Part shown: piece by piece, positions 39,392 through 49,453 of the stretch
How positions within the stretch are numbered: the stretch's first letter is position 1
Layout of the letters: each line of letters opens with the position of its first letter
Assembly: GCA_964462545.1 (NCBI GenBank)
Contig: CAYWXR010000013.1
Span: 12,364 to 76,363, forward strand
DNA: 64,000 nucleotides
Source of the DNA: an uncultured Thermomicrobiales bacterium
Lineage (GTDB): Bacteria; Chloroflexota; Chloroflexia; Thermomicrobiales; CFX8
Direction: 5' to 3'
Program-made: the position numbers and the translations under genes
The notes under the pieces: model-generated
The model's database searches: none
What the model saw: the letters and a program-made list of their open reading frames with translations, nothing else
Told to the model about the DNA's origin: nothing

Positions 39392-39820
39392 ATGTTTCTT
39401 GGGCGACATAACCACAATCTGGATGCCAAGGGACGACTGGCGCTGCCGGCACGTTTCCGGGACAAACTCGCTGACGGGGTGGTAATCACCCGCGGGTTTG
39501 ATCCCTGCCTGCTGGTCTATCCGATGGATGCATGGCTGCCGCTCGCCGAGCGGGTTGCCTCGTTGTCGATCAGCGACCCTGATGTCCGGACCCTGCGTCG
39601 AATGCTGTTCGCCGATGCCGTCGACATGCAACTCGACAAACAGGGAAGAGTGCTTGTTCCGGCGGAACTCCGCCAATATGCGTCGATCGAACGTGAAGCT
39701 GTGGTTGTGGGAGTCCACACCTTCATCGAGATCTGGTCCCCGTCGACCTGGGAGCAACAGGCGACCAGCATGGACCGGGAAGGCGCATCGGTTGCCGAGC
39801 GGCTGGCAGACCTTATCTAG
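39392..39820 (+). CDS. mraZ: Transcriptional regulator MraZ
   Basis: 142 aa. MFLGRHNHNLDAKGRLALPARFR and a second SpoVT/AbrB-like repeat (QLDKQGRVLVPAELR). First gene of the dcw cluster. Confidence 0.93.
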   Translation: MFLGRHNHNLDAKGRLALPARFRDKLADGVVITRGFDPCLLVYPMDAWLPLAERVASLSISDPDVRTLRRMLFADAVDMQLDKQGRVLVPAELRQYASIEREAVVVGVHTFIEIWSPSTWEQQATSMDREGASVAERLADLI

Positions 39821-39849
39821 GGTTGTCTGACGGCAAAACCGGAATGTAA

Positions 39850-40815
39850 TTGTTGAGCGTGTTGATGGCCATGGAATCATCCAATCCATCCTCGGCCGCA
39901 TCCGTCCATCTTCCGGTGATGGCGGATGAGGTGCTTCATGGTCTCCAGCTTTCGCCGGGAATGACCGTGGTCGATGGTACCTTCGGCGGCGGAGGACATG
40001 CCCGGATGATCGCTGAACGGATTGCACCGGATGGGCGTTTGCTGGCAATTGACCGCGACGCCGGTGCAGGCATCCGCTTCATGGAATCCGCCATTCCCGG
40101 GCATTTCTTCCACGGTAGTTATGCAGATATGAAGCGCTTTGCCAGCCTGGTGGGTGTCAGTGCGGTTGATGCCATTCTGCTGGACCTGGGCTTTTCATCG
40201 CTCCAGATGGATGACCCCGAACGCGGATTCAGTTTCCAGGCCAGTGGTCCGCTCGACATGCGGTTTGACCAGTCCACCGGCCAGACAGCAGCCGACCTCG
40301 TCAACACCCTCGATCCCGATCAACTTGCAGACATCTTCTATCGCTATGCCGACGAACGCAACTCGCGACGCATTGCCCGCGCTATTGCCCGTGAACGTGA
40401 GCAGGAACCGATTACGACCACCGACCGGTTGGCGTCAATCGTTGAAACTGCACTCGGCGGACGTCGTGGTGCGCGTACCCATCCGGCCACCCGGGTATTT
40501 CAGGCATTGCGCATCGCTGTCAACGGCGAACTGCAGGAACTTGAACGCGGGTTACGGGCAGGACTGGACCTTCTGAAACCGGGCGGCCGGTTCGTTGTTA
40601 TCTCGTTTCATTCAATTGAGGACCGGATCGTCAAGGAGTTTTTCGCAACCGAACAGCGGGGGTGCATCTGCCCTCCGGAGATACCGGTCTGCGTTTGTGG
40701 CAGGAAACCAACACTGAGAATCATCGGACGAGCCGTGAAACCATCGCCTTCTGAAGTAGCAACAAACCCTCGCGCCCGGAGTGCCATCGTGCGGATTGCC
40801 GAGCGATTGCCATGA
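39850..40815 (+). CDS. rsmH: 16S rRNA (cytosine1402-N4)-methyltransferase
   Basis: HLPVMADEVL, DGTFGGGGHA, LLDLGFSSLQMD, ISFHSIEDRIVK motifs. Start is TTG 39850 or ATG 39865. Confidence 0.93.
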   Translation: MLSVLMAMESSNPSSAASVHLPVMADEVLHGLQLSPGMTVVDGTFGGGGHARMIAERIAPDGRLLAIDRDAGAGIRFMESAIPGHFFHGSYADMKRFASLVGVSAVDAILLDLGFSSLQMDDPERGFSFQASGPLDMRFDQSTGQTAADLVNTLDPDQLADIFYRYADERNSRRIARAIAREREQEPITTTDRLASIVETALGGRRGARTHPATRVFQALRIAVNGELQELERGLRAGLDLLKPGGRFVVISFHSIEDRIVKEFFATEQRGCICPPEIPVCVCGRKPTLRIIGRAVKPSPSEVATNPRARSAIVRIAERLP

Positions 40816-41309
40816 GTATCTCGAGTCCTCCGGGAAGTGAAGAACGCCGGACCGCCCCACCGCCGCGTGTCCGCCGCTATGGAAAACCTGCTCCAGAGCA
40901 GCCACGGGGCCGGGTGAGTTCAGCCATTATCTACATCATCGTCGCTGTGCTGGTTGGCGCAGTCGGTTTGCTCTATCTGGTGCAGACCAATCATGTTGCC
41001 GGTCTTGGCTACGAAATGAGCCGCCTCCAGGCAGAGCGTACCGATCTGGCCAATCGCAATGAGGCGTTGAACTACCAACTGGCAGAATACGAGGCGCTCA
41101 ACCGGATCGAGGAGATCGCGGTTGGTCAACTCGGGATGCAGGAAGCCACCGAATACATCTTTCTCACCGTGCCTCGGCCGGAGAATGACCGGTTGCCGCT
41201 GATTGAACCGGTGCAGGTAGAGGAACCGGGGTTGCTCGAACGCATCTGGCGGGGCATGACCGGTTCCTCGGTAGCGGTCGCCCCTTCGACAGGACAAGCC
41301 GGTGAATAG
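40812..41309 (+). CDS. ftsL: Cell division protein FtsL-like
   Basis: 165 aa. Basic N-terminus, single TM helix (IIYIIVAVLVGAVGLLYLV), then a coiled coil. Canonical position between rsmH and ftsI. Confidence 0.65.
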   Translation: MSISSPPGSEERRTAPPPRVRRYGKPAPEQPRGRVSSAIIYIIVAVLVGAVGLLYLVQTNHVAGLGYEMSRLQAERTDLANRNEALNYQLAEYEALNRIEEIAVGQLGMQEATEYIFLTVPRPENDRLPLIEPVQVEEPGLLERIWRGMTGSSVAVAPSTGQAGE

Positions 41310-43017
41310 CCAGGGCGGGCATCGCCTGTCGCCGTTGCGTATCCAGGCGTTGCTGGGAGTGTTTGTTCTGCTCTTCGGCTACATCGTGGTCGAGGTCTTC
41401 CGGATTCAGGTCGTCCATTCCAGCGAGATCGGCGAGCAGGCGGTTGCCGAGCGCTTCCGCGAAAGCGATGTACCGGCCCGCCGGGGCGACATTCTTGATG
41501 CCAACGGCGTGCGGCTGGCGACAAACGTCCCCGCGGGCCGGGTTTCCGCAATCATCTCGATGATCGAGGACAAGCATGATGTTGCCACCCGGCTCTCCCC
41601 GCTGGTTGGCCGGACGGTTGAGGACATCGAATCCGCGCTGAACGAACCGGGGCTGGAGTGGGTGTTGCTCGCCCGGCGACTGTCACCGGAAGCAACGGCT
41701 GCCATCGAGGAGATGGATATCGAGGGGATTGTTATCGACCTCGAGCCACGGCGTGCCTATCCGTCCGGCGACTTCCTTGCGCACGTTCTGGGGTTTGCCA
41801 ACTACGACCACGAGGGGAACTACGGCATCGAGGGCTGGTACGACGATGTCGTCGGCGGAGAGCCGGGCAAGATCGTTGGCGAACGCGACGGCATGGGCAA
41901 CGTCATTGCCCTCTCGCAAAGCACCTGGGATGCGCCGGTAGACGGATCTGATCTGGTACTGACGATTGATAGTGCCGTCCAGAAGATCCTTGAGGAGGTG
42001 CTGGCTGAGACGATTGCCGAGCAGGACGCTGCCGGCGGGACGATCATTGTCCAGGACCCGAACACCGGTGCCATTCTCGGCATGGCCAGTTGGCCATCGT
42101 TTGACCCGAACGCCTTCGACGAAGAGGATGATATTTCGGTCTTCGCCAACCCGGCGGTCTCGGCGATCTACGAACCTGGCTCGACATTCAAGACAATCGT
42201 GATGGCAATTGGCATTGACGATGGTGTGGTTACCCCGGACACGATCCATTACGACGCACCTGGCTACCGGGAAGTGCCGAACCACCCGCCAATTACCAAC
42301 TCGAATGGCCGTGTCTGGGGCGAGGAGACGATGACCGAGGTGCTGATCCACTCGTCCAACCTCGGTGCGATTTTCGTCGCGGAACGAATCGGTCAGGAAA
42401 CATTCTACGAGCGCCTGATGGAGTTTGGCTTCGGTCGCGAGACGGGTATCGACGTCCAGGGCGAGGAATATGGCATCCTCACCGGTCCGTGGTTGCCGGA
42501 CTGGAACCCGACGCTGTTCTTCACGAACGCGTTTGGTCAGGGCATCGCGGTAACACCGGTTCAATTGATCAATGCGGTCTCGGCGGTAATCAACGGCGGC
42601 AATCTGATGCAGCCATACCTGGTACAGGAAATCCGGGGCGAGGATGAGACGATTGTGATCAGCCCGCAGGTGGTGCGCCAGGTGATTTCTGAAGAGACAT
42701 CGGCGATTCTCCGGGAGATGATGAGCGAGGTCGTCAAGCAGAATACCGGTACATTTGCCTATGTTCCCGGCTACGAAATCGGTGCCAAGACGGGAACGGC
42801 CCAGATTCCGTCTCCGGATGGTGGCTATATTGATGATGCAACCATCGCCTCGATCGTCGGGTTTGGTCCGGTCGAGGACCCGCAGTTCACGGTGCTGGTA
42901 AAGATTGACTGGCCCAAGGAATCGCCGTGGGGCGAAACGGTTGCCGCACCGGCACTGGCCGAGGTGTTCAATCGCTTGTTCAAGCTCTACGGGATTCCAC
43001 CGACGGAGGCGCAATGA
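41302..43017 (+). CDS. ftsI: Division-type class B penicillin-binding protein (FtsI/PBP3-like)
   Basis: 571 aa. TM anchor, PBP dimerisation domain, transpeptidase motifs STFKT, SSN, KTGTA. Confidence 0.88.
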   Translation: MNSQGGHRLSPLRIQALLGVFVLLFGYIVVEVFRIQVVHSSEIGEQAVAERFRESDVPARRGDILDANGVRLATNVPAGRVSAIISMIEDKHDVATRLSPLVGRTVEDIESALNEPGLEWVLLARRLSPEATAAIEEMDIEGIVIDLEPRRAYPSGDFLAHVLGFANYDHEGNYGIEGWYDDVVGGEPGKIVGERDGMGNVIALSQSTWDAPVDGSDLVLTIDSAVQKILEEVLAETIAEQDAAGGTIIVQDPNTGAILGMASWPSFDPNAFDEEDDISVFANPAVSAIYEPGSTFKTIVMAIGIDDGVVTPDTIHYDAPGYREVPNHPPITNSNGRVWGEETMTEVLIHSSNLGAIFVAERIGQETFYERLMEFGFGRETGIDVQGEEYGILTGPWLPDWNPTLFFTNAFGQGIAVTPVQLINAVSAVINGGNLMQPYLVQEIRGEDETIVISPQVVRQVISEETSAILREMMSEVVKQNTGTFAYVPGYEIGAKTGTAQIPSPDGGYIDDATIASIVGFGPVEDPQFTVLVKIDWPKESPWGETVAAPALAEVFNRLFKLYGIPPTEAQ

Positions 43018-44408
43018 TCAGCTTGCGAGAGGTGCTTGAAGGAACCGGAGGAACACTTTCCGGAAACCTGGCCCACGATTTTGTCTTTCAGCGTGTCATC
43101 CATGATTCCCGTGCGGTCGAAGATGGCGACCTTTTTGTGGCCATCCAGGGGGAAGTATTTGATGGGCACGATTTCATCCCGCAGGCGGTCGAACGCGGTG
43201 CGGTTGCCGCGCTGGTCAGAAAGGAATGGGCGGATTCGCAATCCGTTCAACGCGTTCCATACATTGTGGTTGAGGACCCGCTGACTTCCTTGCAGCAGCT
43301 GGCAACCTGGTGGCGTGGCCGGTTTGATATTCCGCTGATCGGCATTACCGGGAGCATTGGCAAAACCAGCACCAAGCAGGTGGTCGCGGCAATGCTCGGT
43401 GAGCGCTATCGCGTCCTTTATAGCAAGGGCAACTACAACAACGAGATCGGCCTGCCGCTCAGCGTGCTGGATATCGGCCCGGACACCGACGTTGTTGTGC
43501 TGGAAATGGGTGGCGCCTACGCATTTGGTGAGATCACCAGTCTGGCAGCCATTGCCCGGCCGAGCATCGGTATTGTGACCAATGTGACCCATTCTCATGT
43601 CGCCCGGATGGGATCGCTGGAGGCAATCGCCCGTACCAAGACGGAACTGGTGGAGGCGCTGCCGGAGGATGGACTCGCCATCCTGAATTACGACGACGAA
43701 CGGGTGCGCGGCATGGCGGAACATGCCCGTTGCCGGGTGGTGTTTTACGGTCTGGACCCGCAGGCGGATATCCGGGCGACCGATCTGGAGAGTCGCGGAG
43801 CTGACGGCACGTCGTTCACATTGATCTACAAGGGCGAGCGAAACCGGGTGCAGATTCCGTTGATGGGGTTGCACAGTGTTCATTCGGCGCTGGCGGGCCT
43901 GGCAGCCGGATTTGAACTCGGTGTTGGCCTCGACGAGATGCTGACCGGGCTGGACCGCCCGGATGTCCAGTTGCGGCTGATTCTGACGCCGGGAATGAAT
44001 AACTCAACGATCCTCGACGACCATTACAACTCGAATCCCAAATCATCCTTTGCGGCGCTGGCCCTGCTTGAGGAACTGGAAGCAACCCGGAAGATCGCGG
44101 TGCTTGGCGACATGCTGGAACTGGGTGATTTCGAGGAGGAGGGCCACCGTCTGGTTGGCGGGCGGGTGGTCGATATCGTCGATATGCTGTTCACTCTTGG
44201 GCCGCGTGCCCGGATCATCGCCGATGAAGCCCGGTTGCACTCCGAAACATTGCAAATCGCGTCGTTTGACGACAAGGCGGAACTGGTCAGCGCACTTCAG
44301 GCGGTGATCCAGCCGGGAGACCTGATACTGGTGAAGGGTTCGCGAGGCCTGAAAATGGAAACCGTTGTCCGTGACCTTGGCATAGCAGCCGGGCGGGTGG
44401 ACGCCTGA
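43014..44408 (+). CDS. murF: UDP-N-acetylmuramoyl-tripeptide--D-alanyl-D-alanine ligase
   Basis: ATG 43014 overlaps the ftsI stop (ATGA). GITGSIGKTSTK P-loop and typical MurF C-terminus (LVKGSRGLKME). Confidence 0.9.
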   Translation: MISLREVLEGTGGTLSGNLAHDFVFQRVIHDSRAVEDGDLFVAIQGEVFDGHDFIPQAVERGAVAALVRKEWADSQSVQRVPYIVVEDPLTSLQQLATWWRGRFDIPLIGITGSIGKTSTKQVVAAMLGERYRVLYSKGNYNNEIGLPLSVLDIGPDTDVVVLEMGGAYAFGEITSLAAIARPSIGIVTNVTHSHVARMGSLEAIARTKTELVEALPEDGLAILNYDDERVRGMAEHARCRVVFYGLDPQADIRATDLESRGADGTSFTLIYKGERNRVQIPLMGLHSVHSALAGLAAGFELGVGLDEMLTGLDRPDVQLRLILTPGMNNSTILDDHYNSNPKSSFAALALLEELEATRKIAVLGDMLELGDFEEEGHRLVGGRVVDIVDMLFTLGPRARIIADEARLHSETLQIASFDDKAELVSALQAVIQPGDLILVKGSRGLKMETVVRDLGIAAGRVDA

Positions 44409-45415
44409 TGCTCGAATCAACCAGCCAGGCCATTTTGCCGAGTGGTGCGAACGACAATCTGGCCGTTTCGATGGCGCTCTCGGGGCTTGCCTTCGCAGTA
44501 GCCATGATCATTGGCCGTCCGTTCATCGAGTTCCTCAAGGCTCACGGTATCGGCAAGCAGATCCGGATCGAAATCCAGGATCACCATGAGGTCAAGACCG
44601 GCACCCCGACAATGGGTGGTGTGATTTTCATTCTGACCGTCGTCATCCTGACCCTGGTCTTCAACCTCTATGGCCGGCTCTCGATGCTCTTGCCGCTTGG
44701 TGTGCTTATTGGCTGCGGCATCCTCGGCGGGGTTGATGACAAGCTGAACCTCGTCGGCGGTGCAACCCAGGGCATTACCGCCCGGTTCAAGATGGCGTGG
44801 CTGACGCTGTTTGCGGTTGTTACCGCGCTGATCCTGCACTTCCCGCTGGGGCTGACCAGTGTCTACATTCCCTTTCTCGGGCAGTACAGCATTGGCTGGT
44901 TCTACATCCCGATTGCGGTATTTGTGATCGTTGGCACGGCAAATGCCGTCAACCTCACCGATGGTCTTGATACGCTGGCTGGTGGAACGGCTGCTGTTGC
45001 GTTTGTTGCCTACGGCATCATCGCCTACTTACAGGGGCAGGTCGCGGTGGTGACCTTCTGCTTCATGATGGTCGGCGCGCTGTTCGGCTTCCTCTGGTAC
45101 AACGCTCACCCGGCCCAGGTATTTATGGGTGATACCGGTTCACTTGCGCTGGGTGGGGCGCTGGCGACCGCGGCATTTATGACCGGGCAGTGGTTACTCC
45201 TGCCGATCGTCGGCTTCGTATTCATGATGGAGAATCTCTCGGTCATGATTCAGGTGGCCTATTTCAAGCTCTCTGGCGGGAAACGGTTCTTCCGGCGGAC
45301 GCCGATTCACCATCATTTTGAACTGATAGGCTGGTCGGAGACCCAGATCACGTTGCGGTTCTGGCTGATCAGCATGATTACCGGCCTCTTTGGCGTGGCA
45401 TTGGCATTGGTCTAG
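44408..45415 (+). CDS. mraY: Phospho-N-acetylmuramoyl-pentapeptide transferase
   Basis: 335 aa, polytopic. KxGTPTMGG, NAVNLTDGLDTLA and HHHFE motifs. Confidence 0.95.
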   Translation: MLESTSQAILPSGANDNLAVSMALSGLAFAVAMIIGRPFIEFLKAHGIGKQIRIEIQDHHEVKTGTPTMGGVIFILTVVILTLVFNLYGRLSMLLPLGVLIGCGILGGVDDKLNLVGGATQGITARFKMAWLTLFAVVTALILHFPLGLTSVYIPFLGQYSIGWFYIPIAVFVIVGTANAVNLTDGLDTLAGGTAAVAFVAYGIIAYLQGQVAVVTFCFMMVGALFGFLWYNAHPAQVFMGDTGSLALGGALATAAFMTGQWLLLPIVGFVFMMENLSVMIQVAYFKLSGGKRFFRRTPIHHHFELIGWSETQITLRFWLISMITGLFGVALALV

Positions 45416-45417
45416 CG

Positions 45418-46833
45418 ATGATGACAGCGATCCACCAGCCTGGCGATCTGAACGGCGTCAAGGTGCTGCTGCTTGGGTTGGGTGTCAACCAGGGCGGCCT
45501 CGGTGTTGCCCGGTTTCTTGCCACGTACGGGGCCGAGGTCCGGGTGACTGATCTCCAGACTGCCGAGCAACTGGCAGGGCCGCTTGCAGAACTGGGCGAC
45601 CTGGATATCTCCTACACGCTGGGACGCCACGACGAGGCTGACTTCGAGTGGGCCGATTTGGTGGTGCGCAACCCGGCTGTGCCGCGCGAGTCTTCCTGGC
45701 TGGAACTGGCCCGAAATCGCGGCATTTCGGTCGAGATGGAGATGACTCTCTTCTTCCGGTTCTGCCGTGCACCGATCATCGGGGTTACCGGCACGAAGGG
45801 AAAGACGACCACGACCTCGATCCTCGGCAATATCCTGCATCAGCGTTGGCCCGCAGCGGTGATTGCCGGCAATATGGGACGTACCGCACTTGGACAGCTA
45901 TCAGGTGTCGAGGTGGATGTCCCGGTTGCTCTGGAACTTTCTTCGTTCCAGATAGAGGCGCTTGATGAACAAGGGCTATCTCCCCACATCGCTGTGTTGA
46001 CCAACATTTCAGAAGATCATCTGGACCGCTACCGGTCGCTTGAGGAGTACGCCGGGGTCAAGGCGTCGATCACTCGGCACCAGCGTCCGGAAGACTGGTT
46101 GATCGTGCCCGCCGGGGACGATCCGGCAAACCGCCTGACTGCTGATAGCGTTGCCCGCCGCGTCCTTGTGGGCTCATCAATGGTTGAGGGAGATTTCGCT
46201 CTTTGGGTCGATGGTGACCGGTTCGCCGGGCGTTGGGATGGAGAGCCAGTAGATCTCGGTGCGGTCGAGCAATTGCGGATTCCGGGAACGCACAACCTCG
46301 TGAATGCGCTGGCTGCTTCGGCGGCTGCGCTGGCCGCAGGCGTTGATCCGGCAGAGATTCGCGCCGGGCTGTCCGTCAGTACGCCGGTTGCTAACCGTCT
46401 GGAGACGGTTGCGGTGATCGATGGTGTAACCTGGATCAACGACACGACAGCCACCACACCGATTGCCGGGATCGCTGCGCTGGAAGCGTTTGCCGGCCGG
46501 CAGATCATCCTCATTGCAGGCGGTTCTTCCAAGAATGCAAATCTCGAGCCATTTGCCGATGCAATCCGGCAGCACGCTGACCAGGTAATCCTGCTCGACG
46601 GCACAGCGACACCCGGACTCCAGATGCTCCTGAAACTGCATAAGTTTGCTGGGCTGCATGGCCCGTACGACGCAATGACCCCGGCAGTTCAGCATGCGGC
46701 GGACCTTGCAGAAGCCGGCGCTGTGGTGCTGCTTTCACCCGGTTGTGCAAGCTTCGGCATGTTTCGCAACGAGTTCCACCGCGGCGACGAGTTTCGCCGG
46801 TCAGTTCATCTCCTGATTGGGGATGAGCAATGA
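45418..46833 (+). CDS. murD: UDP-N-acetylmuramoylalanine--D-glutamate ligase
   Basis: 471 aa. Rossmann-type N-terminus (VLLLGLGVNQGGLGVARFL), GVTGTKGKTTTTS P-loop. Canonical dcw position. Confidence 0.9.
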   Translation: MMTAIHQPGDLNGVKVLLLGLGVNQGGLGVARFLATYGAEVRVTDLQTAEQLAGPLAELGDLDISYTLGRHDEADFEWADLVVRNPAVPRESSWLELARNRGISVEMEMTLFFRFCRAPIIGVTGTKGKTTTTSILGNILHQRWPAAVIAGNMGRTALGQLSGVEVDVPVALELSSFQIEALDEQGLSPHIAVLTNISEDHLDRYRSLEEYAGVKASITRHQRPEDWLIVPAGDDPANRLTADSVARRVLVGSSMVEGDFALWVDGDRFAGRWDGEPVDLGAVEQLRIPGTHNLVNALAASAAALAAGVDPAEIRAGLSVSTPVANRLETVAVIDGVTWINDTTATTPIAGIAALEAFAGRQIILIAGGSSKNANLEPFADAIRQHADQVILLDGTATPGLQMLLKLHKFAGLHGPYDAMTPAVQHAADLAEAGAVVLLSPGCASFGMFRNEFHRGDEFRRSVHLLIGDEQ

Positions 46834-48089
46834 CAAAGTTGTGGCGCAAACCGCGTACGAGCACCGGACCGATTACCCACGATCCCGACTGGTGGTTGCT
46901 GGCGATTCTGATCACCCTGGTGATGTTCGGGCTGGTGATGGTCTATTCGGCCACATTCGGGCTTGCCCAGCAAAACGAGGAATCCCCTCTGTCCTACCTG
47001 ATCAAGCAGGGCATGTATGTCTGTGTCGGTCTGGTCGGATTGCTGGTTGCGACCAGGATTGACTACCACCGCTATCGGCGATGGGCACTGCACGGGATGA
47101 TCGCGGCAACGGCCCTGCTGGCAGCACTGGTGTTTGTGCCGGGGTTGGGAACCGACGTGTTCGGAGCCAAACGGTGGATTTTCATCGGACCGTTTTCGCT
47201 CCAGCCCAGTGAGATTGCCAAGCTTGCGCTGGTGATTTATCTGGCAAGCTGGTTATCGGGCAAGGGGCAGCGCGTCCGCTCGTTCTCCTACGGAACCCTG
47301 CAGGTTGCGGTCGTACTTGGGATGACGGTCGGTCTGGTGATGATGGAGCCGGATCTGGGGACCAGCATCCTGATTGGGACCGTTGGCCTGGCCATGTTCT
47401 TTGTTGCCGGCGCGAATCTGGTGCAGTTTGGTGCGTCTATTTTCGTCGGTGCATCACTTTTCCTGACAATGGCTCTCTCCTCGGCGTACCGGCGTGAGCG
47501 GTTGCTGGTCTTTCTTGATCCTGATGCTGATGCCCGCAACCTCGGTTGGCAAGTTTTCCAGGCGAAACTGGCGCTGGGATCCGGCGGATTGTTCGGGCTT
47601 GGGTTGGGGGCCAGTCGTCAGAAATTCACCTGGCTGCCAGCACCGCACAACGACGCCATCTTCGCGATCATTGGCGAGGAGCTGGGGCTGGCCGGTTGTT
47701 TCTTCTTGCTGATGCTTTTCTGCGCGCTGGCAATCCGGGGATATCGGGTCGCCCGTCGTGCACCGGACGCGTTTGGTGCCCTGATTGCGGTTGGTATCAC
47801 CACCTGGTTGATCTTTCAGGCGCTGTTCAACATTGGTGGCATTGTTTCGGCCATGCCGCTTACCGGTATCCCGATGCCGTTCATTTCGGCTGGTGGCTCG
47901 TCGCTGATTGTGTCGATGACAGCTGTTGGCATTCTGCTGAACATCTCCCGCCAGACGATTGAACAGCGAGTCGCGCACCCGGTGGAGCAGGCTACTGAGG
48001 CTGATACCGAGCCATTACCAACACCGGTGCGTGCGCCACAAGGAGTCAAGACGTTCGGGCGGGCCAGCAGAATGGGGAGCCAGCAATGA
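46830..48089 (+). CDS. ftsW: SEDS-family lipid II flippase/glycosyltransferase FtsW
   Basis: 419 aa. QPSEIAKL, HNDAIFAIIGEELG and PMPFISAGGSS motifs. Located in the dcw cluster after murD. Confidence 0.88.
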   Translation: MTKLWRKPRTSTGPITHDPDWWLLAILITLVMFGLVMVYSATFGLAQQNEESPLSYLIKQGMYVCVGLVGLLVATRIDYHRYRRWALHGMIAATALLAALVFVPGLGTDVFGAKRWIFIGPFSLQPSEIAKLALVIYLASWLSGKGQRVRSFSYGTLQVAVVLGMTVGLVMMEPDLGTSILIGTVGLAMFFVAGANLVQFGASIFVGASLFLTMALSSAYRRERLLVFLDPDADARNLGWQVFQAKLALGSGGLFGLGLGASRQKFTWLPAPHNDAIFAIIGEELGLAGCFFLLMLFCALAIRGYRVARRAPDAFGALIAVGITTWLIFQALFNIGGIVSAMPLTGIPMPFISAGGSSLIVSMTAVGILLNISRQTIEQRVAHPVEQATEADTEPLPTPVRAPQGVKTFGRASRMGSQQ

Positions 48090-49453
48090 GAGAGCCGATC
48101 CAGCTTCCCGCGCCGCCTGCCCGTCTCCACCTGATCGGCATTGGCGGGGTTGGCGTGAGTGGCCTTGCCCGGATGCTGGCCAGCCAGGGCTATCAGGTCA
48201 CCGGCTCGGACATGAACAATTCTCCGATCGTCGAGGAACTGGTGCTTGAAGGCATCCCGGTCCATATCGGGCATGATGCTGCCAATGTTGGCGATGCCGA
48301 ACTGGTCATTGCTACCGCTGCGGTGGGTGAGACCAACCCGGAGATTGCTGAAGCCCGGCGCAGGGGTATCACAGTGGTGAAGCGGGCCGCGGCATTGGGA
48401 ATGCTTGCGAATCCCCGGGTCTGCCTGGCGGTTGCCGGCTCTCATGGCAAGTCCTCAACCTCGGGCATGGCAGCGTTTGCGCTGGATGCAGCCGGGTTAC
48501 AGCCATCATTCGCCGTTGGCGCGACGGTCAGCGGTCTGCGTACCAATGCCCGCCTGGGAGAAGGCCCGCACTTTGTCGTCGAAGCCGACGAGTATGACTG
48601 GTCGTTTCTCTGGCTGGAGCCCTCGGTCGCGATCGTAACCAACATCGAGCATGACCATCCGGATATTTTTCCAGCACTGGATGATGTTATTGCTGCGTTT
48701 GAGCAGTTTGCCGACGGCATTCGTCCTGGTGGCACACTGGTCGTTTCCGCCGAAGACCCCGGTGCGAAACAACTGGCATCCCGCGACCTTGCCGGCCGGA
48801 ATATCGTCACCTTCGGTTGGCAGACCGGCGACTGGCAAATTGCCGGGTATCGTGATGGCGTTGCAACCGTACGGTCACCGGAGGGTCAAACGTTCGAGTT
48901 GCGGCTCTCTGTGCCTGGCAGGCACAATGTGAGCAACGCCTTGGCACTTCTGGCAGCTGTTTCAGCATTGGAGGTTGATCCGGCAGTCGTTGTGCCGCAC
49001 ATCAACCGGTTTGTTGGCGTCAGCCGGCGGTTCGAGGTGCTGCTGGATGGCCCGGAGCGTACGGTGGTGGATGATTACGCCCACCATCCAACCGAGGTTG
49101 CCGCGACGATTGCCGCGGCGCGCGACCGGTATCCCGGACGGCGAATTCTCGCCGTGTTTCAGCCGCATACTTTCTCGCGGACGCATGCATTGCAGACACC
49201 GTTTGCAGTTGCATTGGACGGCGCAGACGAGGTGGTGCTGGCAGAGATTTATCCGGCACGTGAGACGAACGAGCAGGGCATCTATTCGGCAGACATTGCC
49301 CGGCAAATGACCACCAGCGTGCAGGTTGCCGGAAGCCCGGAAGATACTGCAAGCGTGGTGCGTGACCGTTCGCAACCCGGCGACGTTCTCCTGGTGATGG
49401 GCGCCGGGACGATTTACCGTACAGCGAGACTCCTCGCGGAGGCATATAAATGA
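48086..49453 (+). CDS. murC: UDP-N-acetylmuramate--L-alanine ligase
   Basis: 455 aa. HLIGIGGVGVSGLARML N-terminus, AGSHGKSSTSGM P-loop, DDYAHHPTE motif. Confidence 0.93.
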   Translation: MREPIQLPAPPARLHLIGIGGVGVSGLARMLASQGYQVTGSDMNNSPIVEELVLEGIPVHIGHDAANVGDAELVIATAAVGETNPEIAEARRRGITVVKRAAALGMLANPRVCLAVAGSHGKSSTSGMAAFALDAAGLQPSFAVGATVSGLRTNARLGEGPHFVVEADEYDWSFLWLEPSVAIVTNIEHDHPDIFPALDDVIAAFEQFADGIRPGGTLVVSAEDPGAKQLASRDLAGRNIVTFGWQTGDWQIAGYRDGVATVRSPEGQTFELRLSVPGRHNVSNALALLAAVSALEVDPAVVVPHINRFVGVSRRFEVLLDGPERTVVDDYAHHPTEVAATIAAARDRYPGRRILAVFQPHTFSRTHALQTPFAVALDGADEVVLAEIYPARETNEQGIYSADIARQMTTSVQVAGSPEDTASVVRDRSQPGDVLLVMGAGTIYRTARLLAEAYK